From NCBI GenBank assembly GCA_012295275.1, contig CM022679.1:13020001-13084000 (forward strand): a stretch of DNA of 64,000 bases. The letters are read 5' to 3'. Position 1 is the first letter of the stretch. Every line of letters starts with the position of its first letter. Source of the DNA: Chrysomallon squamiferum (Eukaryota; Animalia; Mollusca). This document shows, piece after piece, positions 12,096-23,800 of the stretch. The translations under genes and the position numbers were made by a program. The notes beneath the pieces were generated by a model, which searched no databases, had not been told where the DNA came from, and saw only the letters and a program-made list of their open reading frames with translations.

Positions 12096-12245
12096 GACTC
12101 TTATAACATTCTTTTCATTTGCTTTTAGTCTTCTTGATATCTATGTACATTAGATGTTCTAAGGAATATTCAAAATTAAACATCACACGAATCAAAAGAC
12201 AACTTGCTAAGTTTGTTTACATTAAAATGCATGACGTCATTTAGA
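12093..12245 (-). promoter_or_regulatory. Putative proximal promoter and first exon of module A
   Basis: Palindromic CRE TGACGTCA at 12232-12239 and forkhead-type TGTTTAC at 12214-12220. The exon ends ATG|GTGAGT at 12093. Confidence 0.5.
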
Positions 12246-12537
12246 TTAATGTCCGAGGATAGCCGCAAAAATGTCAAACCATTTTCATCTTTTACCAATG
12301 AATGGGGACAAAATTCAAATTTTATTTATTTATTTATTTATTTATTTGATGTTGATATCAATATATGTACATATAAACATAAATTTAATATTTTAAGCTG
12401 ACCACAGCTCATCTTCATCTTGAGGGTATATAGTAGCAAAATACTGAATAACTGTTAGTCTACTTTAAATAATATTTAACAGCGCTACTACTACTACTAC
12501 TACTACTACTAGTAAAATAAAAATAAAATAATAATAA

Positions 12538-12588
<51 letters not shown>

Positions 12589-12652
12589 TAACAATAATAA
12601 TACTGTTGTTTTGTTGTTGTTGTTTGTTGTTCTTCTTCTGTTGTTGTTGTTG

Positions 12653-12692
<40 letters not shown>

Positions 12693-13217
12693 AGAATGAA
12701 AATTTGTCTGAGAATGGATCTGACACGGTAAGCATTTTGGAAACTAAAAATCTAAGATGTTTATTATTATTTTTTTATATATATAATGTATTTTAATAAT
12801 AGCAACAACAACAACAACGACGACAACAACAACGACAATGACAACAACCAGTAACAATAATAAATAGAAACATCTTTAGTCCACATATAAAATTAAATAA
12901 AATACATTAAGGCAGCTCTTTTAATTTAATATAATTGTATCAAATATCCTGAAAAACAAAAAAACAACAAAAAAAAAAAACAATCTAAAGTCAATTATAG
13001 CAAACAGAACGGCAAAGAGCATACACCGGTAATAGAATTTATTATATTACCAAAACAAAAACAATTATTTGACGAATATAAATTATAAACATATATTAAG
13101 ACAAAACTTAATAACTGCTCTATATCGTTTTAATGCTGTCGGTTTAAAATTATTGTTCCGAACTAACAAAACAAAACTTAGGAAAGTTGGTAATTAATAA
13201 ATTATATATTCACTTAC

Positions 13218-13319
13218 CTGGTTAATGTGGGCGTGGACTGTTTCTAGGCAAGCATTGAGAAATGCGTGACGTTTTGTGAGGGTCAAATCTACCAGGCATT
13301 TCTCTGACGTAGAACACAT
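13218..13319. promoter_or_regulatory. Compact bidirectional promoter between the TEX33-like distal first exon (-) and the TXN2 non-coding first exon (+)
   Basis: Minus donor CAG|GTAAGT at 13218 and plus donor CAT|GTGAGT at 13319. X-box-like GTTTCTAGGCAAG at 13240-13252, TGACGT half-CREs at 13267 and 13305, and local CpG enrichment. Confidence 0.55.
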
Positions 13320-14228
13320 GTGAGTGTCATCCATAATCGTGGAGTAAGAGTGTATTTTTATTCATTAATTTTTACTCACTTGTTTTGATTTAGTAATGGT
13401 ATATATTTGTTTTTGTTTATATGGCTCGTTCGATAATCACAGATATTTAGTACTTTCTTTACAGATTATGACTGTCACAGCGTTAGACCCTAAAATCAAG
13501 TTAATACTACGCTAATTTACTAGTTTTCGTGTTTGCGTTTTATCGCATAAAATCGAAATGTATATATTTTGTTTATTTATAAAAAGCCAGTCAGTTCAAT
13601 AATAATCACATTATGGATTTTCTTTTGTTTTCATGATTTTCTCTTTATCATTATATTCATTTAATTAAAATGCCGTCCTTCCAAAATAAAAGGGAGCTAG
13701 ACTGACATCTGAAAACACTTTATTCAAACAAGACTAAATTCATAATTAAAATGAACAGTACATGACTTTGACTAGCTGTTTTCAGCATAAGGCTCTAGCT
13801 CAATGAGAATACATATATTTGTTGAAAGAAGCTTTTGTGGAGTTATATTCTTCTTTTTTTACTTGCTTTTTATTAAATAGATTAAACATTTAATATAAGG
13901 AAAGATGATGCAATCAGTTATCTGATAATGCAAATGTCTGTATATTTCACTGTAAAAAAGTATTATTTCATCATTTTTATTTAGTAATAAAGATGCAGAA
14001 ATATTATCTTATATAAAATATATTTAATTTAAAAAAAATAATAATAATGATAAAGACACCTAAATAAAAATTAAAATAATAATAAAAACAAGTGATAACA
14101 CTTTAACAGTAAAGCATAAAACAACAGGGGAAAAAAATGAGTGTGAAACCTGCCCCCAACACAAAAAAACAACAACATTATAAAGCCATTTAATTCATAA
14201 GCATTACTTCACTTTCAGTACTTTCAGA

Positions 14229-15507
14229 ATGACCAGCAGACAGATAATTCGTCGATTACTACCGTTGCTGAGTTCAGGATCATATAAATATGTCAGCAGA
14301 GTTACTTCCCTAATAACTGCAAACAGTTCTGTGCACACTCAGACACTGCTGAAGTTTGGTCGAACTCTAGCAACAGCTGCCCCCAAATTCGACTGCATCA
14401 ACATTCAAGATGATGCAGATTTTCAAAAACATGTTGTAGAAAATCCCAAACCTGTTGTTATTGACTTCCATGCATCGTAAGATTGTTTTCATTTTTTTTT
14501 TTTTTTTTTTTTTTTTTTTGTTGAAAAACAGAAATATTATAAATTTAGAAATAACAGATTCATTATAAAGTATGTATTTAATTTATCAGTTAGATTTGCA
14601 TTGTAAATCCACATTCTTCTAATACAGTGATAAATATTAATGATGAAGAGTAATGTTCATTAAACATATTGTTTCAGGTTTATGCTTGTATCAGTAACAC
14701 TTGCATAGAAACAAAGATAATTATATAATCCAAAAATTAATATCATTTTATTAATCAGTAATAAAGATAAAATAGCAAAGTGCATAACAAATATGCAATT
14801 TCAGTTAATGAGGACTGAAAAAAACCAGGACAGGGTGTGTGTGTGTGTGTGTGTCTTCATTACAGTGCATGTGGTCCATTCAATAACATGTTTTTGCTTG
14901 TTGAATTATTATTTTTCAAAAATGTCTGTTTCTTTGTTTTAGTTGGTGTGGTCCTTGTAAACTGCTTGGTCCAAGACTGGAAGCAATTATATCAAAGAAA
15001 GCAGGAGATGTTGTTCTTGCCAAGGTTGATATAGATGACAACATGGAGTTGGCAATGCAGTTTGGAGTATGTACACTATGTAACAGTATTTTATTTATGT
15101 TTATTTATTTATGCTGTTTTACTAGGTGAAAATGTGAATGCACATATACACATATTCAAAAACAGTATTATTAATATTAAATTAAAATAAAAAGAAAATG
15201 GTAATAATCTTAAATTTAAATCCTAAAAACAAAAATAATAATAATAAAATCGGGGAAAGTTTATGAATTATTTATAATATTTTAGTATTACTTTGTAAAT
15301 AAGAGAGCAGTGAAAGCTTGTAAGGTTTGGGTCTGGCTTTATATTTAAAATGATTTAATTCAGTGGTCACTTGTTTTTTGTTTTTTTTGCCAGGTTCAGT
15401 CTGTGCCTACTGTCATTGGCATGAAGAATGGTAAAATGCAGGAGATGTTCATTGGCTTGCAAGAAGATGACATCATAGAAACCTTTGTAGAAAAATTGGT
15501 CCATTAG
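14229..15507 (+). CDS. TXN2: Mitochondrial thioredoxin (161 aa)
   Basis: Exons 14229-14476, 14943-15066 and 15394-15507, all GT-AG and phase-consistent. Arg/Ser-rich presequence, [15 protein letters not shown] active site, LAKVDID and VQSVPTV. Confidence 0.95.
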
Positions 15508-18123
15508 CTCCTGGTTTTCTACCAAAGTGTTTCTTAATATCCTGTATCAAAAACAAAATTAATGTGATGAATTTATTTATTTACTTACAACATAAAACTT
15601 TGGCTTGTTTTTTAATTTTATTTGGTTGTTGTAAGACTTCCAGTAGTTTTAGTAAACCATTTGGTTTAATAATACTACCGTTAATAATTAATGAAAAAAG
15701 AAAATAACTAAATATCCAATTACTGCTAAAATAAATGGATTTGTGATTGCGTGCAAGGTTTATGCAGTATTTAATGAATTTTGTAAAATATTTTTTTTCA
15801 TTTTTTTTCACTGCCAAATACATCTTTGACAGATTTTAGTAAGATTAGGAATTGAATTTGCCACATTGTATTTAAAATGAGAAAACAAACAAAAAATGCA
15901 TTTATTTTTATTCAAAATCATACAAAATAGAGAACCCACTTTCATGAAACTGAAGAAAAACTGAAAGAATTATGAAGCATAATTTAGGTATTTGTTAAGG
16001 CAGATTTTGATAACATGGATATTATATTTGTTCAAGTATTTATAGGTAATAGTTTTTAATACAGGTTAACTATGCTCAGTAGATTAGTTAATATTGGATA
16101 TCTAATATTTATACAATACAGGTATTTTGTTTAAAAACATCTAAACTTTTTTATGTAAAAATTACATAATGGTTGTATTATGACTTAGTAATTTAGATAA
16201 TGTCACTAACATTATTATGACTTACGAGGTTTTGTTTAAACTTAAATATTAGAATAGATTGAGGTTATAATCTGTAAAACGTTTGTTATTGCTATTATAC
16301 TGCTGAATTTGTTATTGTTATATTTAGATTTGAAAGGTGGTTTCAAGTAATTTTAGTAATTACCTCAAAATACTTAAAATGGTTAATGAGATCCATGAAA
16401 TTGATACAACAGAAATATGTGACTAAAACTTGTTTTGGAAAATGTTACAACATTTTTAAGGATGAAAACAGATTGATTTAATTTCATTTGCAATATTTTA
16501 AAAAAGAAAGTAGTAGTAGAAAAATCTTCACTTAAAAAAACATTTAAGTAAATATAAATTGGTATCTTGTGAGTGAGTAAAATTTAGTTTTCAAGAGAAC
16601 TGTTTCAGCATGCTGCATGCCTGCCATGGTCACCAGCTCTTTTATCACTGAAAGTATGTAAAGCCACATGAATGACCAGTTAAGAAAAATAGCTTATTAG
16701 TTCTGTACATCATTCACAAGAAAAGGACTTTGAAAACAAAACAAATTTAAATGTGCTAAATTCCAACACCAGCATTTTTGCTGTGATCCTAATTAAAGTA
16801 TGGATGTGTGAAAAGTTATATTCATTATATTTAAAATATTTTTAAAATGTAAGGATTGTTTTATATTGGATTTTTTTTTTTTTTTTTTTTTTTTGTCTGG
16901 AGACATCTAGATTAGAAAAAGTGTTTTAATTCCATTTTGGACACATTTAACATAAAAGCAAACTTTGTTAAAAATGTATTTTTAATTATTTTAATTTTGC
17001 TGTACTTGATAGAAAAAAAAAAGAGGCTAAATGTCAGCTTATCTTTCAGTATTATGTATCATCAGGCAAAAACTTCAGCTTAATCCTTCTTTTCACATTT
17101 ATGACATGAATGCAGACTTGAAAGATCTCTGGTCATGACAAAACACTGATTTGAATTTAGAGTTTGTTATTAAACAAGAAATGAAATCCATTGCTTCACT
17201 CTAAATTGATTAAAGAACAATATGAAAAAAAAAAAAACACCAAAAAAATAAGTCAAATCATGGGGCCAATATCTCCTTATTTATGTTTTGATCATTTTAT
17301 TTTATGAAAATGAAGATATCAGGACTGTTAATGTTATGGTGTACAGTTATTGCTTTTAACAATTTTGAAAATTTTCAGTGTTACCTTGGATATTGGTCTA
17401 CTATGTCTCAGTGTGCCAGCCTAAAAGCTGCTTTACACCCTGTTGAGGTGCAAACACTGTGCTGGTTTCACACAGTTTATTTTCACAAAATGTAGTTTTT
17501 TCATTCATATGTATATAAAAATGGTAATAAAAATATTTTTATTTATTTATTAATTTGTGTTTGTTATATTATTAGAATAAACTGAATAACTGAATTTAAA
17601 GAGAAACTATTAAAGAAATGGATGTTAATAAATGAAAAATAATATTGTGCTTACAATACACTGTCATCAAGTACATAATTCCAGACCCTCTGTGGATGCT
17701 CAGGACATGTATAGATGATTACATAATTGTAGTCTCAGTTAATGTTCATAATTTGAAACCCCTCCTTTATCGGTAGCACTAAAACAAAAAATCATACAAC
17801 ATATTCTAGCCCTACTCTAAGAAACCATAAGAAAAAAAAATTCTGGATAGTACGTCTTATAATACTTTTTGAAACATGTTTGTTTTTGAACTGTTGATGT
17901 TTAACCTGCAGATAAGACAACCAAAATAACTTCTGAAAAGATATTTTTCCTAAATTAACCAAAGTTACCATTTGGAATGGGAAATTGTTATGGCACAAAA
18001 CACAACAGATCCACTGCAGGAAATGTAATCTGAAGATGACAGCATGTTTTATATACGGAACAAACGTAACTACTAAGACAAACAAAAATTATAGAAGACA
18101 CTTTATTATTAATATCTCTTTGT

Positions 18124-20326
18124 TCACAGAACGTGTAACACTTCTATGCAGTACCATCCAACTTTCTTTTTCTTTGGCACAGCCGCCATGGACTTCATCT
18201 GAGAGAGCAAAGCACTCAAAGACAAGAGCTGATCGTACAGCTGTACCTGCTGTGTTACTGCCTCGTCCAGATGAATCAGCAAAATTTTAGCATCAGGAGA
18301 GATGACCATCTGTGACATATTAGTATCGAGAAGTAAAGAAATCCAATCTATGACCTGTCGGAAAAAAAAAAAAAAAAAAAAAAAAATAAAAATAAATAAA
18401 TAAATAAATAAATAAAGCTATTCTGTCACATTTTATTTTATTTTTTTTCAGTTTTGCTCTTATTAATTAATTATATTAAAAGTTGCATTTAATTATAAAT
18501 ATTATAGTAGTCTTTATTTTTATTATTTACATTAAAATGTCCAGACAGATTATAAATATTATTTATCAAAATTTACACTTATTAATAAATAGAAGTATTC
18601 CTTACAAAATCTAGAAATAAATTAAGATAAGATTTGTTTGTATAATATATATGTAAATTTAAATTTAGCTGATCTAAGGTAAGTTTGAAACAGGTAATCC
18701 CATAAAAAGATATTCTCAAGATTCCTTTCACTTAACTCAGCACTTTTGTCTTACTTGTGCTAAGAATCTCAAAGCATATACTTTTCTGTCTACTGCAAAT
18801 AGCTTGAAAAAGATTACTTGCTGTTAATCTGAAACAATAACCTATATGGTGTCTTGAATACAATTATATGAACAATGTTCTATATCCATTACTATAGAAA
18901 AATTCTCAAGTGTTTAAAAATCAACACTTTTTTAACAAAGAATAAGTTATTTCTACCATTTAGTTTTTATATATTGTATAAATATATTAAACTCTGAAAG
19001 CATAATACAAAAATGAACAGGTGACTGTGATCACAAAAAAGTCGAAATGTAATGGAATTTACTTTTAAAAATGGGGGCATTCCCTCAACTTCTGCAATGA
19101 AGTTCTCTCGTGGTAGCTTCAGCATGTAGAGTAGATACTGCAACAAAACCTGCAAAGTAAAATAAATGAATTTAAAAAATACAAACTGATAAAAATTACT
19201 TAGTAACAAATATGATGATAAAAATTCAAATGTTTATGAAATAAACAAGACAAAAGCCAGGATTCTAAAAATGACATAATACAGTAGATAGGGAGATATG
19301 GGGTTTTTCAGGGGTTTGACTGGGTCCACAGTAAAAAAATTTGATTCAATAAACAATGATGCAGCCTTAAATTTTTCAAAGATCAAGAAGATAAGGTAAC
19401 TCTCCCATTACCATTTAAATAACAAGTTCTTTATGTGAAGGAGAAAAACAAAGCAGGGAAATTAAAATAATGTAAGATAACAGGGTCCATGAAATTAGGG
19501 TTAGAAGTGAGAAAAATCATGTGTGAACTTACCAAAGTGTTCTTAAATGTGAGATTTCTGAGATACTCCACAAGGAAGACATCATTGTAAGGCAGACTTA
19601 AAACTCTGTTACTATTACATTAAGAGAAAATACACAAGAATGCGGTCATAATAATTAAAGCAAATTTGTTTTTCTTTCAAAATATGCATAAACATAATAC
19701 ATCAAGTTAAAAATAGCTGTCATGATTCTTGGCAACAGACATTTTTTACAATAATACTGGTTTTGATTTTAATGAAAATGTTTAAAACTTATATTTTATA
19801 TTTGATAAACTAATATATTTATATACAACTAAACATTATGGCAGACAAAGCATTTGCATACAACAATTCTGGATTAAGCGTCACATATACACAAAATGTA
19901 CAGTGACCCTAAATTTAGATTCATTAAACAGATTTTACAAAGCCAGTATGAATATATATGTGTATATAATCAAGGATACATTAAATGTGCTTTTACAGCA
20001 TTAATCTGACAAGAAATTCCATCATATGTAACTGGCAGAGATGAAAGACTCTCTGTATTATCAACAGCAGCATCTATATCTTCTTCAGAAAATCTTGATG
20101 AAAAACAAAAAGACAATTAAATGTAAACTTTTTTGAACAAACACTACTCAGCCTTCTTTTTCACTATGACCATATTTGTATAGACAAACAGATGGACACA
20201 TCATGAAAACATGTACAAACACACATATACAGTGAAAAGGACAAGAATAATATACTTTATTTTATTTCTCTCCTTTTTTACCCCCCCCCAGGCTGTATTA
20301 GAGAAAAAATAAAAATACAATTTATT

Positions 20327-20395
<69 letters not shown>

Positions 20396-20837
20396 TTTAA
20401 ATAGCAGAACTGCAGAAAAGGAAAGACACTAAATATAAACAAAAGATGAAAAAGAAATAAAACAGGAAAACTGGATTTCCAAACTAGATTTTTAAACATC
20501 ACTCACTCAAAGTAAAACTGAAGACTGTTGACAAGACAGGATTCTGGGATATCTGGCAGTGTTTTCAGTGATAGGTGGATTAAAGAGATCTCTTTGTGGG
20601 CAATTAGTGCATCAAACAGAGCAGGAATATCTCTAAAATGAAAACAGAGAAGACCACTTTTGATTGTTGTACAGAACAACTTTAAATCTTTAACTCAGCT
20701 ACTATTCTTAATACATATTACAAACACAAATAACTCCATTACCACAAATGGATTTTATTTTGCATATACTATAATAGGATTAAGATGACAAACAACAGTA
20801 ATAATAATAATAAGAAGAATAGAAATAATAATAATAA

Positions 20838-20868
<31 letters not shown>

Positions 20869-23800
20869 AAGAAGAAGAAGAAGAAGAAGAACAGAAATAA
20901 CAATAACAATAAGAATAACAAGCAAACAACAAACAAATGTATTAATAATGTACCTTGTGGTAATTAAATTGTTTTCTACAAGCTGCCTAATCTGGTCACA
21001 AGGCCAGAACTTTGTTTCTTGAAAACACCTGTTTGCCAGTTGCGACATCTGCACACTAGCAACCCAGATTTTGTTTGGTTCTTTACTCATTTCATTTACC
21101 AAACTGTTGAACACTGATTGAAACTTTTTCAAAGTGTTTGTCTGAAATTAGAACAATCAGCAACACCATGTGATGTGATATTTAAAAAACTGTGAATAAA
21201 ATATTAACTAAAAACAAATAAAACAGTTAAGCATTATTTATCTGATGTGGAAGCCAAAGACAATGGTATGAGTATCTTACTACTCCACTGGTCCATATTG
21301 AGAAAGTAATAAATTGATAAGCTTATTAAAGTTACTATTATTCTCAATATACTGTTGTTTTTCTGACAAATAAGGTGCAAGTTTTATAACAAAATTAATA
21401 AAGCTTTAACTGGAGTACCTAATACATTCAACTGAAAATTTATAAAAAGACAAGAAAAAAAATGGAAGGAGAAAAGAAAGAAAATAATTCTGCTTACCTT
21501 TTCTTTATTAAGCAGATCAGACAGTATTGCAGAAATATTTTCATTTCTCTGAATTAATGAGGTCTGGTAAACAAACATGAAATCAGAACATTATAATTTA
21601 TAATCATATAATATGTAATATTAAAGCATAATTATATAAGATAGAATCTAACTCAATAAAATGAACATCCTTGTGTGTGTGTGTATGTTTGTGTGCATGT
21701 GCGTGTGTGTGTGTGTGTGTGTGTGTGATTAAAGAAAACACAGTTATTTCATAACAAAAAAGTTAGAGAACTCTGTGTCCGAAAATAACCACATACCTTG
21801 ATATCTTTTGATTTAGCAGACCATGTAACTATGCCAACTGGCTGTTGTTCTTGTGACACAGGCCCTTTTGTCATTTGTAGCTGTTGGCCCAACAACTTGA
21901 CAAGAGTAGATGGCTCACATTCATATGGAAATGCATACAAATTTTTGGAGCAGGACAAAAACAGACAACCTTGTTGGCAAAACAGCTGAAAATGTAGAAA
22001 AAAATTTCATTTAATAAAACACTGTTTCTAAAATAAAATAAGAATATAAACAAAAGTAATTTAAACCAGGAATTTAAAAAAATAAAATAAGAATAAAAAC
22101 AAAAGTAATTTAAACCAGAAATTTTAAAAAATAAAACCAGGCACTGAATGGAAAATGATTTGCTTTCCACTACAGACAGCTGCTAGTCACAACTGAGTTA
22201 TGTTCTCTTGGGTTGTTTTGTTTTTTATTAGTTGTTGTTGTAATCACAAGTACAAAAGGACACAAGATGCAAGGGATATAGGTTGAGGAATTAATACATA
22301 ATTATCCATATCCCTTTGCATAGATATGCTTGGATCTGTTTTCTCGAACAGAATGTCAAATGTCTACATTAACCAGTCATATATTATACACGTAAAAATA
22401 ATTTAAATAAATAAATTTTGAAACTGTTTTTACTTCAAAGCATTAACCTTTTGAACCAATATATGTAAATATATAAGACAGTGCACAGTTTTAATGCTAG
22501 CTGTAGTTTATCGATTTTATAATTACTGAATGCTCAGTTTTATAAACATATAAAAAGATTATCATTTCTTATATTTTCAAAAGAGAAAATGATGTTATAA
22601 AATATTTTTTAGCATCCTTCCTAATAGTGGTGTTGGGTTGTTCTTTTTGTGTTTTTCTGTTGTTGTTTTTTTATGTTTTTTGTATTTAGATTTGATGGCC
22701 ACTCTTAACTAATACTAAAGCATGCTCTAAAAAGATACACTTTAAAAATAACTGGAAATACTGACTCCTATTACCTTTGGTTTTTTATCAATTGTTTCTG
22801 GAAAAGGTTTCCACACCAGCAAAGTTTTGAATTTGATGTCAAAAATACCCAAACCATCTAAGAGATTAAAAAATGTAAATGTTACAGTTATTTAATAAAA
22901 ATAAAATAAAATAAAATAGTTATATTAATAATAATAATAATAATAATAATAACAATACGTTATACAATTATAATAATAACAATAATAATAATAAAACTTT
23001 TATTATTTAATTATTATAATATAATTTATTATGAAAAATATTAATTAAACGTACTGGGTCCACACTTTGTTTTGATATCGACATGACTTTGAAACATGTG
23101 TTAACATCCATAACAGTTTCAAAAAATGTTTAACATCCAGAATGTAGAAAAAGTAGAAAATATGCAAATATAATTAACAATTCAGAACATTTTATTAACA
23201 TCCACAGCAATATAGAACACTTAACTTTGCAAGATTTTTCCACCAATAAAATAATAAACAATATTTTCTTTCAGAAACATTATTTCTCAAATAAATATGG
23301 AACTTACACTGGTCCTTATTGCTGATGCCAGCAACAGCAACATGAGATGGGGTGAGAGCTACAATGCTTGCATCCTTCTGAATGTCAATACTGGCCACTT
23401 TGGTCTGTTCACCAGTATTCCTAGAGAGACCCAGACTGGACTCAAATATATCACCTGTCTGTGCTGTTGACAGTTTAAAACAATTCATTATTACATGGTG
23501 ACAAAAGTTGTTATATTACACTATTTGTTATTACAAAAGGAAAAAAAATTCATCAAATTTTTAATTGTTGAAATATTATAGCTCTGGTTTTTTAAGGTTT
23601 TTTGTTGTTGTTTTTTGGTTTGTTGTTTTATTTTAACTTAAAAATTAGTCATTGTGATACCTACAATAAGTGGAAATATTTGAAGAAAAGCATGCATTTT
23701 TATTTATCAGTATGTTTAAACTTTTAAAGACTGAATTACAGAGTGAACTGAAAATGAGAATCATTTACCCAGCACAAGCAGTGACTGTTCTGGTTTCTTT

